Assembly (NCBI GenBank): GCA_965644495.1
Contig: CBFFSA010000001.1
Location: 682,001 to 746,000, forward strand
DNA length: 64,000 nt
Source of the DNA: Perkinsela sp. CCAP 1560/9
Taxonomy: Eukaryota > Protista > Euglenozoa: Kinetoplastea
Reading direction: 5' to 3'
A program made the position numbers and the translations under genes. Below, one piece after another: positions 33,296 to 45,350 of the stretch. Each line of letters begins with the position of its first letter. Position 1 is the first letter of the stretch. The notes beneath the pieces are model-generated. The model searched no databases. It was not told the origin of the DNA and worked only from the letters and a program-made list of their open reading frames with translations.

Positions 33296-33833
33296 AACTC
33301 CTGGCCACCAATAAGGCACCTCCCCCCTCATCTTTTGCACGAGGGAGCATGGCAGGGTTATGATACCATATTTTCGTTCAGATTTTTGAGATCTGTACGT
33401 TCCCGCCATTTTTAGTCGATTAAAACCTTGGAACAAAAAATATATAAAAAACTTTCCACTTCTGTTTTCCAGGAATGCGCAATTCTGTGATCAGGGGCAC
33501 GAGGGGTCTCCCTATGAAAAAATGGCAGCAATCACCTTCGTGAGGGAAGCGAGATCTCTCGTTTGCAACAAAAATGAGCAAAAACACATGAAAAAAGCTG
33601 AATTTCTCAGAGGGGGCAGAGTTTTTCGTCTAAAAGGGCGTACTTTTTTTTGAAAATTTTAAGAGGGTGAAAATGTAGTAATCAGACCTTCAAATGTATG
33701 CATTTTGGATTTTTTGTTCCGTTTCTTAACGCGCAAACTCTTTGTGTTGAGATCTATAAAATGCTACAAAAATTAAGTCAAACAAGCGACACATTGAGAT
33801 TTTGGAGGGGGTACCTTATTTTGGCCAGGGGTT
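33296..33833 (+). mobile_element. Non-autonomous derivative of family A containing a family B-like TIR fragment
   Basis: TA|AACTCCTGGCCACCAATAAGG vs CCTTATTTTGGCCAGGGGTT|TA; subterminal regions match 25610-25700 and 30875-30960; 33494-33620 resembles the family B TIR. Confidence 0.75.
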
Positions 33834-33945
33834 TATAATCGAGACGAAAATACGGAAAACTAAGTTTCGCACCGTTTTGTCGAACTAGATTCACAATCGC
33901 GACGGTACTTTGGGGTGGGCACTGCAGAGCGGAACGTTCCCCGGT

Positions 33946-34803
33946 AAGATCATGAATAATCCATTTTTGGGGGGAGAAAAATCTCGATTTTTCGGTGAAA
34001 ATTGCGAAATTTTGGCCGTTTTTGATGCCTTACCAGTAGGGGTAGGAGGCGCATCTGACGGAAAAAACGTCACAGAATGATAGCTGAGATGCCGAACTCA
34101 CTAGATACGTTTTAGGAGTCGATTCTGAAAAAAAATTATTTTTGTTTTTTTCCTGTCAAAAAAAAAATTTTGGTCATCCCAAAAGTTTCGGAAATTTTGA
34201 CCTTGTCGGACCCCTCTTGCGCGTACCAGGGGGGTTACCCCCAAATATGGGGGTGGAAAGTCATCGCCGCGGCATACTCTACCATTTCCTTGCGCTCGAT
34301 TTTGAAAATCAAGATTTTGAAAATTTCAGAAAATAACGCTTCAAAAACATGGACCTCCCCATGGAACCCCCATTGTTTTGAAGTTTTCAGTTTGGGACCA
34401 CCGGGGCCCCCTTTTATACTTTTTTCCTTTATTACAGTAAACATCACTATTCTCAGAATGCTCAGTTGTACGTTGACACAAAAAAAACGGCTTTTTTATC
34501 GTTTTTCGTCACTATTCTCAGAATTGGTCTGTTGAACAGGCACTTTTTCATGAAGTCAAATCATAATTCTCATTTAAAAAAAAAAAACGTTTTGCAAGAA
34601 AATTGTTAGCAACGGAGCAACTGGCCGCTTTGGGTTGTACGTTGACAGCCCAATTCTCATTTTTAGCGACTATCAGAATAGTGAAGTTTACTGTATATTA
34701 CTGTGTTCCTCTTATAATATTATTATTATATTTAATATTTATTTATATTTATTTTCACTGCTTTTGTTCACTTTTTTTTCAATAATCGAGGGTAGAGCGG
34801 TAG
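33946..34803 (+). repeat. Repeat family D, copy 2
   Basis: Colinear with 26120-26635 plus 27414-27478. Confidence 0.75.
34435..34693. mobile_element. TA-flanked MITE with CAGTAAAC termini
   Basis: TA|CAGTAAACATCACTATTCT vs AGAATAGTGAAGTTTACTG|TA; absent from other family D copies. Confidence 0.8.
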
Positions 34804-34950
34804 TGCCCGATTTAATGCCCGATTTGTGGCCCGATTTCGTGCCCGATATTGTTTCAGATGTGTTTACAAAAACAAATTAACAAAGGCGTACGAATCGAAT
34901 TGAGTGACAAATCATTAGTTTTTAAAACAATTTCGATGGGTACCCTACCC

Positions 34951-35643
34951 AGTAGCGTACTAGTTTACAGAGAAAATTTTCAGAATCTTTTCCTAAAAAA
35001 GTCAGTAATAATTTTTTTAAGAGCTGTGCACAGTTTCTGGCAGTTTCTGGCAGTTTCTGGCGGACTCTGACAGTTTTTGTAGGTACTCTGATAGTTTTTC
35101 GAGTGGAGAACTAGAGGGGGTGTACTAGGCTAAATATGGGAACCGCAGTGGGTACACTACTATTGTGACTGGTGATGAGACTTCCGTGTTGGGAGCCCAC
35201 AAGTGAGATAACCTAAGAAATCCGTGGCAAAAGAGGGTGAAGGTAAAGACCATGAAGGTTAAGGCATGTATCAAAGAAAAGGCCATGATAAGACTTGTAC
35301 GCAAGCCACCCAACCGAGGCAGCTCTATCCCTTTTTCTTGATTTTAATGCCTCACTTGGACAGCGTGCAACTCCGTCGAAAAAAATACATCCTTTACTAT
35401 CCTATACTATACATACTTTTTGCTTTTTTTGGGCTCAAAAAAAATTTTGGTCATCCCAGAAATTTCGAACACTTTCGGCGCGGTTGTATCATGCTAAAAA
35501 CAACTTTTGGCGCAAAGGTCGCTCGAACTTCTTCTAGTACGCTACTTATCCTAGTATGCTGCTTATCCTAGTACGTTACTTATCCTCAAACTGCCCATTT
35601 CGGAGACGGAATGCGGGATATCTAAGGGGGGGGGGGGTAAAGG
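34951..35643 (+). mobile_element. pogo-like family E, truncated copy
   Basis: Matches 38590-38670, 39910-40045 and 40320-40576, including the right TIR GATATCTAAGGGGGGGGTAA. Confidence 0.75.
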
Positions 35644-35787
35644 TACCTACACTTTATATATACACTTTGGTTTCATTTGATATTGCTTCACCGTGCCGGT
35701 AATACACCTACAAAGGCCAAAATTTACCTGGAAATGTGTGACACGCAAGGCAGTAGAGCAGGGAGGGGGCGCAAGGCAAAAAGGGAG

Positions 35788-35963
35788 AAGGCGGAGGGCC
35801 CCTCATTTTTTTGATTTTTTTCAGTTTGGACCACCGGGGCCCCCTTTTACATATTTTTCTTTTATTGTATATTACTGTGTTCCTGTTTATATTTTCTCCG
35901 TTTTTGCTCACTTTTCTTTTCAATAATCGAGGGTAGGGCGGTAGGTATACAACCACCGCAATA
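35788..35963 (+). repeat. Repeat family D, 3' part (copy 3)
   Basis: GGACCACCGGGGCCCCC..TATTACTGTGTTCCT..TCAATAATCGAGGGTAG..ACAACCACCGCAAT. Confidence 0.7.
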
Positions 35964-36028
35964 TTTTTTAATACCAGAATGTCACCTGATGGTCTTTTTC
36001 AGCGTTTGCGTGCACATGCCTAGAACAA

Positions 36029-38410
36029 TTACATAAAATTCTTATCAAGGTCCGAAATATGTTTTTCGATTTCTCGTTGAAAGTGAAGCGGGGGACAAAA
36101 GTTTATCTGGGAGAACAATTTTAGCAGTCGCGGTAAGATCGATGTAATAAAGTAACGAAATTCATATTGAAACGCACTTGAGGTATCTTCTTTTTCATTC
36201 TCCAGGAAGTGATTTGTGCAAGAGAAATCGCGATTTCTTATGTCGTGTATACGATTAGGTACTGACGTGAGAATAAAAGTGGATCTATCGACTGGGCGTT
36301 CCCGCTGAATGTTCTCTGTAAAGTGAATTAACAACCTGTACACGTGCCCACACGATAAATAGCAAATTCGACGCGTAGATTCCTGCAAGGATGAAAGTTT
36401 CTCAGAATGAGGCAACTGACTATTTCCCACTCCGATTGGCTGGGCTTGATCATGATTAAAGAGAAAACACTTGCCTATCGCAAGCACGAGTTCACATGAT
36501 AAAACCAACTCTATCACCGATAGGGAACCTCGAGAAGTTAATTCCTTCTCTACAAGATACAATGCAGAGGAGACAATGCCATATGGCCATTGACGCATTA
36601 AAAGTTCATTGCTCTGGCAAGCAGTATGATAAATAAAATCTATGAATTGGGACACAAACCTTCCGTCCAGCATTTCTCGTTCTAAACCCTTAACAATTTC
36701 TTCGGATGCCTCCGCGAGCAATGATGGATTGATTCGAAGCGTGCGCAAAACATCTACGAGAGATTTTGGGTTTATTAGCTGAATCAAATGGTAAAAGCTC
36801 TTGGATTCGATGTACATCCCAGGTTGAACCAAGTAGGTAGCGCTGTACTCCCCAATATCCAAAAACATCCTGCGGATTGCAGCATTTTCGAAATCCAGGG
36901 AAGCGCTCTCCGGAGAGTACAAGAAACTGTGCAGTAGAAGAGCGACTGTCCGTTGCGTACTTCTGTAGACTTCTATGCTTGGAGTCCCCTGTTGACTAGT
37001 AATGTCAAGGCGTACGTGGCTTGCGTTCCATAAGGATCCACTAGCAAGCAATAGCCTGTCAAAATTGTCAGATGTACAGCAATACTGAAAGAGACAATAC
37101 CATAACAGATCGTATTGTTCCTTATGCGTGTCTATTCCGACATTGTTTAAGGCGCGTAAGATTCGGGATGCATCTCCCGGATTTAATTCCGAAGCGTTTC
37201 GGGAACAACAGAGATCATATAACAACAAAACGGTTCTTTTTTCACAAAAATAGGAAAGCGCTAGCAATGCACGTGCTGAGTACGACCTCCAAGTTAAATC
37301 TTCGTTTGGAAATGCAAGGTGCTTTCGTACCTTATTGAATAATGCGTACGACATCGTCCGCGTCATATCGTTCAACATCTTGCGGGGTATTTTGATTCCT
37401 TCGTACTGCAGTTGGCCGCAAGCTAAGAGAACTCGTGAAGCATATAACAAATGCCGCCACTCATTAGGCCCTAAACGCACACTATTCAATCCGAAGGTAT
37501 CATCCCAAATTTGAGATTTTAGATGGCTACACACACTTTGAAGAACTGTGCTGTAGAGCGCGAATAAATCGCGGTCTGTAAAAAAGAGTAAATGAGTTGA
37601 GCGGGATAGAGCACATATCACTCGAAGTGTGCTGCTGTGATCAAAATGTGACCACGAAACCGATAGAAGACTCTGCAGCAACAGTGGAAACCATTCTCTA
37701 CTGGTGCTCCCATAACGTAGTGGCTGAATCGTAAGCGCGTATAGTATTACAGTTAAGTCATCCGCACCTAATTCTTCTCTACACGCCGTTGCACGATTTA
37801 ACAACAGCATTAACATGGAATTTGACAGGGGAAATTTGGACGAATGATAACGGAGAATGTGGACGGCATCCGTCGCAGAACTCGTACGTAAGAGGTCTTT
37901 GAGTTGAGCTTCGATTGCTTTTTGGAGAACAGATGGAAAAATTAAATTATGATGGGCTGCAACAGCAAATAACAACGTTATAGATTTTAACGTTGATTTC
38001 CCAATGAGCAAGTTTATGTCCTGCAGGTGTCTGAGAGCACTTTTTTTATGCGGAGAACGAAACAATTTATGAATCTTGTATTCTAGGGAACCTTCAATGG
38101 GCAGATAATCGCTCTTGCTACAAATGCAATAGTCAAGCACTGATTTGACGGTATTTCGCCATTTTGATCTTATTTGATCTCGTATTACAGAAAGTCGGGG
38201 ATTATTTTCCCGACATACATGTTTCTTCCTAGTGCTGCGGATTTCAAGTTCGCACACATCTAGAATACGTGGCTTTCTGACGAGTGATTCAAAAATGCCA
38301 CGAGTGCCCAGTGGAAACTCTGGCGAGTATATTTCTTTCCAAAGCTGTTTAGAGAAAAATGTGTGTATTCTGTCACGACAATGAGTTGTAAAAGCGGTGG
38401 AGGACTGCAT
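36029..38410 (-). CDS. Hypothetical all-helical repeat protein (possibly mitochondrial RNA-binding)
   Basis: 793-aa ORF on the coding strand; Leu-rich helices such as LGADDLTVILYAL and LNPGDASRILRAL. Confidence 0.7.
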   Translation of the reverse strand: MQSSTAFTTHCRDRIHTFFSKQLWKEIYSPEFPLGTRGIFESLVRKPRILDVCELEIRSTRKKHVCRENNPRLSVIRDQIRSKWRNTVKSVLDYCICSKSDYLPIEGSLEYKIHKLFRSPHKKSALRHLQDINLLIGKSTLKSITLLFAVAAHHNLIFPSVLQKAIEAQLKDLLRTSSATDAVHILRYHSSKFPLSNSMLMLLLNRATACREELGADDLTVILYALTIQPLRYGSTSREWFPLLLQSLLSVSWSHFDHSSTLRVICALSRSTHLLFFTDRDLFALYSTVLQSVCSHLKSQIWDDTFGLNSVRLGPNEWRHLLYASRVLLACGQLQYEGIKIPRKMLNDMTRTMSYALFNKVRKHLAFPNEDLTWRSYSARALLALSYFCEKRTVLLLYDLCCSRNASELNPGDASRILRALNNVGIDTHKEQYDLLWYCLFQYCCTSDNFDRLLLASGSLWNASHVRLDITSQQGTPSIEVYRSTQRTVALLLHSFLYSPESASLDFENAAIRRMFLDIGEYSATYLVQPGMYIESKSFYHLIQLINPKSLVDVLRTLRINPSLLAEASEEIVKGLEREMLDGRFVSQFIDFIYHTACQSNELLMRQWPYGIVSSALYLVEKELTSRGSLSVIELVLSCELVLAIGKCFLFNHDQAQPIGVGNSQLPHSEKLSSLQESTRRICYLSCGHVYRLLIHFTENIQRERPVDRSTFILTSVPNRIHDIRNRDFSCTNHFLENEKEDTSSAFQYEFRYFITSILPRLLKLFSQINFCPPLHFQREIEKHISDLDKNFM

Positions 38411-38512
38411 CGGAAGAGTGGAGCGCGAATATTAATTCGTACTTTAGTACTATTGCTTCTAATTTCAATTTTTTTTTGATTTGAATATAGATATTATTTA
38501 ATATTGTAACTA

Positions 38513-40576
38513 CCGTTACCCCCCCTTAGAAATCCCAGTACGCTACTTATCCTCTTTTGTGATGAAACCTTTGGGTCACGAGAGGATAAGCAGCGTACTA
38601 GTTTACAGAGAAAATTTTGAGAATATTTTCTTAAAAAAAATTCAGTAGTATTTTTTTTAAAGTTGTGCACAGTTATATTCAGAATAGAAATACATCGATA
38701 GATACGTCATGTAACATGCGCATGTACAAAAAAAACGGGTCACCGACAGTATAAATGTAGGTTGAAAAAAAAAATTTTGGAAAAAAATCTTTTAATAATT
38801 TTTACCCTAAAATGGTTGTTCTATTGTATTTAAACGTTCGGTAAACGGTTTTAGCGGCGTTCAAAGTAGCATTTCAACTCTTTTACACTCGACTTTACAC
38901 TGACTGTCTCCCCCTATTTAGTGTTTTTTCTTCTTTAGATTCCTTCTTGATTCCCTCAAATATTGCTCTCTAGATGTCATCACTTACTTGAGGGGCTTCG
39001 GGAGGCGAGATTTCACGACATCTCGCGAAGCTTCACCAGGGGTTTATTATTATGTTCTCAACGTTTCGCGAGATTTCACCGAGGTTTCGCGAAGTTTCAT
39101 CGAAGTTCCGAAAGGTGTCATCGAGGTTTCTTGAGGCTGCATCCAGGTTTCACCAAAGTTTGGGAGAAGTTTCTCGAGGTTTTACCCGCAGCCCCCTACT
39201 TGAAGCTTTTTTATCAGGGTGGACACAACATTCGCAAGGGGTGTTTAACCCGAAGCAGTGGTTTCGCGGCCAATACACCGTTTTTTCCGCCTTTAACGGC
39301 GAAATTGAGGGCGCTGGCAGCAAATAGGCCAAAGTAGTACACGTTGTACAGAACATTTGAGAAGTAAAAAAGGTCCGAAATATAGGGAGTATGTTTCCAA
39401 AGATGTTCGAATTCCTATTGAAATAATTTCTCCTGCGCATTTCCCTCAAAAAAATTGAATTCGAAAAATATTGAAAAATATCACTTCCAACTTATATTTA
39501 CACTGCATATTACCCAAAAAAACTTCTGTTCACCATACACTATACAGATGCTTCTATACTATTTCTACACTGTATGCTACAACTCTACTACTACCAAATG
39601 CGTCAACCATTGCCTCCACTTAGTTTTAGCGCGAATCAGGTTAGGGGTGCTCTAATGCCTCAAGACCCTGTCGTTGTTGTTACTGCCCCAGAGAATATTA
39701 CTCACTAGAGTTACGAAGAGAATGATGTTTTCGTTTTTCTCTGGTAACTCAGCTCACTTTCGGGTCTTGTCAGAGTCCGGCAAAGACAAGTTCTGGCTAC
39801 GCTTTTGTCAATTTGCCGACGCCGGGTGAACAGTTGTACACAACTTGTTCCTACCGACCCCGAAGAATCAGTCAGCAAATTGCTTGATACGATCGCTCTT
39901 ATGAATGCCGACCGCGGTGGGTACACTACTATTGTGACTGGTGATTAGACTTCGGTGTGTTGGGAGCCCATAAGTGAGATAACCTCCGAAATCCGTGGTA
40001 CAAAGAGGGTGAAGGTTAAGACATGTCACAAAGAAAAGGCTATGGTAACAGCTTGGTTTTGGGCGTCTGTGCTTTTTCCCGGTTCCTCCCCAGGACAAAG
40101 TATTGGGAACACCGTTTGTTTCCACCACCTGTTGCGGAGCGCTCAATTTTGTGAAGGTCGAGGTGCACGGGAAACGAAGGCAGCATCAGACCTGTACGGT
40201 TGCACTTCAACCGTTACAGGATCAGGCTGGATGACAGGAGATTCCTTTTTTCAAAGAATGATAAAGGATTTTTTTGACACAAGCAAGTATCCACTCGAGA
40301 AGACTTTATTCGTGCTGGACTTGTACGCAAGTCACCCAACCGAGGGAGTCCTATCCCTTTTTCTTGATTTTGATGCCTCACTTGGACAGCATGCAACTCC
40401 GACGAAAAGAAATCATCGGGGAATACTTTCGGCGCGGTTGTAACATGCTAAAAACAATTTTTGGCGCAAAGGTCACTCGAACTTCTTCTAGTACGCTACT
40501 TATCCTAGTACGTTACTTATCCTCAAACTACCCATTTCGGAGACGGAATGCGGGATATCTAAGGGGGGGGTAACGG
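38513..40576 (+). mobile_element. pogo-like family E, copy 1, TA-flanked
   Basis: TA|CCGTTACCCCCCCTTAGA.ATCCC vs GGGATATCTAAGGGGGGGGTAACGG|TA; remnant TGD(E)TSV..TSEIRGTKRVKVKT..EK..SGWM..LFVLDLYASH at 39910-40443. Confidence 0.85.
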
Positions 40577-40629
40577 TACTCCCAATAATTCCCCCAATAC
40601 GTAATTATCCCCCCAATATTATAGAAAGA

Positions 40630-41097
40630 ATTGCGGTGACTGTAAAACTACTTCTCTACCCTCGATTATAATAAAACAAAAGTGAACAAAAACAGTGAAA
40701 ACGCCTCCCAAAATGGCCCATTTTTGACCAAAAATTGCGAAAAGGTAATTTTCGGACCTAAATGGGTCTTTTTATGTCAAAAGAATGGTGTGGTTGGAGT
40801 CGCATTCTCTACCCAATACGTTCAGTAAGCTTTCATTCACGCCTACGAGTGATTTCTCACACGCATATATCGGATTTAGTGCTCTGAGAGCAAAAATACC
40901 CAAAAATCACCCCATTTTTACCTGAAAATCGGCTAATTTTGGCTATAATCTTTGTGTTTCCTTTAGCTTTCCAGGCCGAATTTTCTTTTTTAGGCTCTTC
41001 GTTAAACGCCGTGGTAGTTTTCAACGCGAAGCGCGCAGCATGAGTGACTTCTAAGTTGAAAACAACCACCGCGTTGAACGATGAGCCTAAAAAAGAA
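40630..41097 (-). repeat. Repeat family D, internally deleted inverted copy
   Basis: Both ends of family D present (40630-40700 and hairpin 40983-41097). Confidence 0.65.
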
Positions 41098-41161
41098 TTT
41101 TGTAATCAAAATGTAGAAAAGTCAAAAACTTCTGAAGATGCTTATGGATGAAATTACAATA

Positions 41162-43269
41162 CCGTTACCCCCCCTTAGATATCCCGCATTCCGTCTCCGA
41201 AATGGGCAGTTTGAGGATAAGTAACATACTAGGATAAGTAGCATACTAGGATAAGTAGCGTACTAGAAGAAGTTCGCGCGACATTTGCGCCAGAAGTTGT
41301 TTTTAGCATGATACAACCGCGCCGAAAGTTTTCGCCGATGTGTTCTTTTGGACGGAGTTGCACGCTGTCCAAGTGAGGCATCAAAATCGAGAAAAAGGAA
41401 TTGCGTACAAGTCTAGCACGAATAAAGTCTTGCCGGGTGGATACTTGCTCGTGTCAAAATAAATCCTCTATCATTCATTGAAAAAAGGAAGCTCCTGTTA
41501 TCCAGCCTGATCCTGTAACGGTTGAAGTGCAACAGTACAGATCTGATGCTGCTTTCGTTTCCCGTGCAACTCGACCTTGACAAGACTGAGCGCTCCACAA
41601 CAGGTGCAGTGGAAACAAACGATGTTCCCAAGTACGTTGTTCTGGGGAGGAACCGGGAAAAAGCACAGACATTGGACACTATGAAGATTTGGATGGCACT
41701 GGATGGCAGCGGATGGCACTGGATGGCACTGGATAACTAATTTTTGTGTCCAAAAAAAATTATGTACTTGTGTACTAAAAAACTTGTCTACTACAAGTAA
41801 CCAAAACTAAAATTTGTGGGACGGTTTGCGCACATCTGAATAAAAGTAAGGAAGTAATCGAGACAATTTTTTTCTAAAGCTTACGTGCTTACATCGCCTC
41901 CGACAAATACTGGAAACAGAGTCAAGAACTTTCCCACCCTCGTGATCGTGAAGACATTTCTCTTCGGTCACAACGCAAAAAATCTTTAAAAGTTTTTGGT
42001 GTGTCTCCATCATGCTTTCACTTTAAAATTCAACTCAGGCCCGCACATGTACATGACAGAGAACGCACAAGAAGAGACCGAGAAAATATCTTATTTTGCA
42101 AAAGGAAAGGAAAAGTCGTGTTTTTGAAAAATGAGTACAATTGAATCCGACATTAGCCGCTTTTTCATATCAAGGCCATCACTTGTCCTACAACATCCGG
42201 CGGAAATGGAAAGTTCTTCGGTCCTCAAAAAAATCAAAAAAAGGGTCTTCGGGCCTCGCTCATATCTCCGTTTTGGATGGCACTGGATGGCACTGGATGG
42301 CAGCGCATGGCACCGGATGGCAGTGGACAACTGCATAGTGTCCATTGTCCAAAACGAAGATGTTACCATGGCCTTTTCTTTGATACATGTCTTAACCTTC
42401 ATGTCTTAATCTTCACGCTCTTTGTGCCACGGATTTCTTAGGTTATTTCATTTGTGGGCTCCCGGCACACCGAAGTCTCATCACCAGTCACAATATATTT
42501 ATATATTGTACACAATATACATACACCGCGGTACCTGTGTATAACCACCGCGGTTCCCTTATTTAGTCTAGTACACCCCCTCTAGCTCTCCACTCTAAAA
42601 AAATACCTACAGAAACTGTCAGAGTCCGCGAGTTCCCGCCAGAAACTGCCAGCGACCTACAGCGATCTATAGGTACCGTCTACATACTCTCCATTTTCTT
42701 CGCGAAGTAAAGACACCTTTTCTGAAAAACATGCTTCACTGAAGCCTGACAAACTCAGCATGGGGAAGCATGGTCGGGACCTCATCGCGGTCTTCCCTGG
42801 CACTACCATTTTGCAGATGATATTTACTCAGACTTACATTTTGTACAACGTACTCAAACGACAGAAATACCGTATCTGCAAAAATTAATTTTACCAAGTT
42901 GGCAAACTTTTTGGGGGCAGTGCAAAAATTAGTAAATTTTTAATTAGTAAAACTTTTTTATTATTTTACAATAAAAGTTTTAATAATTTTTGCGAGCACT
43001 GTATCTTTCGTCGAAAATGAACGCCGTACTCACTGACAAACGTTTGCTTCCTATCTACGAATCATGATTCTCATTGTTCTCAGAACACCGAGAATTTTAT
43101 TCTGAATATAACTGTGCACAACTCTTAAAATTTTACTACTGATTTTTTAAGAAAAGATTCTGAAAATATTCTCTGTAAACTAGTATGCTACTTATCCTCT
43201 CGTGACCCAGAGGTTTCATCAAAAAGAGGATAAGTAGCGTACTAGGATATCTAAGGGGGGGGGGGGGGG
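41162..43269 (-). mobile_element. pogo-like family E, copy 2 (inverted relative to copy 1)
   Basis: Same TIRs; 41162-41670 is the reverse complement of ~40065-40576, and 43100-43245 of 38535-38688. Confidence 0.85.
41674..42343. mobile_element. MITE with 10-bp TIR GGACACTATG, flanked by ATT, with (GGATGGCACT)n subterminal arrays
   Basis: ATT|GGACACTATG ... CATAGTGTCC|ATT; absent from family E copy 1. Confidence 0.75.
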
Positions 43270-43959
43270 TACTTTCATTATTGTGAGCTTTTCAAGATCC
43301 ACCAACAATCAGCTAATACAGGAAATTGCATAGCGAAGCCTAGCGTAGTGCCACGTTAAAATATTTCATTGGTTTAAAATGAGGAATTCGATATTCTTCG
43401 CAACTGATCCCTCCGACAGCAAAGATTGTCATGTATGACATGAAGCGCCGCATTCCAATTTTTCTCGTAGGTGGCTAAATCATTCTCGTCTAATGGTTTA
43501 TGTACAGTCGCATCACACAATTTTTTAAATATTTCAATGGCGTCTGCAATATCTCTTGCTGCTCCCCATCCAGCGTTGAACTCTGATAGCCCCACAATTT
43601 TAGGATCTCTTTCCATTGCTTATACAAATCGCAACATAAATTTTGAATCAAGTGTATAACTTTAGCTAAAATTCCTATTTATAATGGTCATCGAAAATTT
43701 GATGCATATCAAAGGAATTTCCAATGAAAGTTGGGAGTGTGTTATCAGGATATGTTATTCAGGATATGGTGGTAAAACTCAAGCCTACATCCGCTGAAAC
43801 AATTAGTACAGTTCTGCGGCGACGTAAATTCACACCAAATCAGATTTCTAACTTGAAGGTCACAGATTGTCGACGGAGTCGCAATCCCGAAATACCGGTC
43901 TAAACTTAATTACGCCCAAACTTAATTAAGCCCAAAATCTGTCTTTGGCCGCAAAAGTA

Positions 43960-44504
43960 CAGTCCGCGTCATATTGATCCCCCCTCCGGAAATTCGATTT
44001 TGCTCTTCTATGCAGCATTCGAGAGATCTTGTTCCCATGGCAAAGTATTTTGCCGCAATAAAACGTAACGAGGGGGGGTGCCACCTGGAGAGAAGCCCAA
44101 AGTTAGGAAAAAACAGAAAAAGTTAGGAAAATGACAAAAAATTAATGATATCAAGTGTGATCGCCGCTTAGCTACAAAGCGTCTTTTTGGGGAATTCGTA
44201 TTTTTTATGTAACTAAAGGTGTTTTTAAGGGATTCAGACGACAATACGTGCCGTTTCGGCCTCTTCGGGGTGCTGCAAGAGGAAAAAGTCATGAAAAAAT
44301 AAGCAATTTTTAAATCTATTCAAAATTTTGGTAAAAAAACGTGCAATTTTCCACTTTTTCGAAGCGTCTGGCTAAAAGGTAAAAACAGTGGTAAAAACAC
44401 TACTTTCCTATGGGAACGATATCTCTCGAATGCTGCATAGATGAGAAAAATCGAATAGGAAAACTAAGATTTCCTGGGAGGGGGGGTCAGTATGACGCGG
44501 ACTG
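43960..44504. mobile_element. Tc1-type MITE with ~80-bp imperfect TIRs
   Basis: TA|CAGTCCGCGTCATATTGA.. vs ..TCAGTATGACGCGGACTG|CA; inner IR 44008-44040 vs 44408-44440 resembles the family B subterminal motif. Confidence 0.8.
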
Positions 44505-44509
44505 CATGT

Positions 44510-45336
44510 TACAAGGCAGCGCACAAGGTGCCCTACACTATGCACATCACTGGCGAGAAGTGGAGGTGTACTAAAAGGTGCAAGGGAATGTACGCCACTT
44601 GGGACCACTCATACCAGGAAGGGCACAACGGAGCACATAGCAAACTATAAAGTACATAATCTTGTACGCTCGTGGTGGACGACACGTTGATTCGGCAGCG
44701 GAGATAGGGCTTAGTAAGCAGAGCATCGTATCCTTAAGTCAATGGATGGATGGCATGATGGTCACAGCTCACGTTCGCCGGCGTATCAGGAATCGAGGCA
44801 GTGTTGATTCCATGCTATGTGACAAGACGTTTTTTTCTGTGCGGAAACGTCACCGAGGTTCCCACGGTGCAAAACGTGTGCGAGATGATGGTACAGAAGT
44901 TGCACAGACCATTGCTGTGACTACTCGAACGTACAAATTATCTCAAATATTCATGGAAGTAGTACCTGATCGCAAGGCGAGCACTTTGATTCCTCGCATT
45001 GAAGATCTGGCGTGCGGGGGGAGGACTAGAATTTGGACCGATGGGGCGCGGCACAATATCCGCCTTGGTGAACGTTATAAGTGGAACAGTGTAAATCACC
45101 TCCGTCAATGGGTCACGGCAGAGGGTGTTCACAAGAACACCGTAGAGTGTGCGAATTCTGTGGCGAAAAAGCGCCTGAATCGAAAAGGAAATGTGTTTGG
45201 AAGAAAAGTGAGAAGGGCAGATCGTGTGCAAGCCAATGCTGAAAAATGCAACGGCAGTCTACGATGCAATGGCGGCGATGTGATGCTGCGCATCTTAGAG
45301 AATCTGCAAGATCATTGTCGTTGTATTCATTTGTAA
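44510..45336 (+). pseudogene. Merlin/IS1595-family transposase, degenerate
   Basis: WRCTKRC zinc-ribbon remnant (44560-44583, other frame), CDKTFFSVRKRHRG, VPDRKASTLIP, IWTDG, SVNH..GVHKNTVE. Confidence 0.85.
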
Positions 45337-45350
45337 GTCTTGTGTACGTA

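Noticed and set aside
42608-42620. Second SL-like match ACAGTTTCTGTA
   Set aside because: Only 12 nt, lies in a CAGTTTCTG repeat of family E, and the paralog at 35070 has a mismatch
43374-43616. 80-aa ORF, and the 46554..46742 fragment, as genes
   Set aside because: Short, inside TE islands, no recognisable motif; at most unassignable pseudogene fragments
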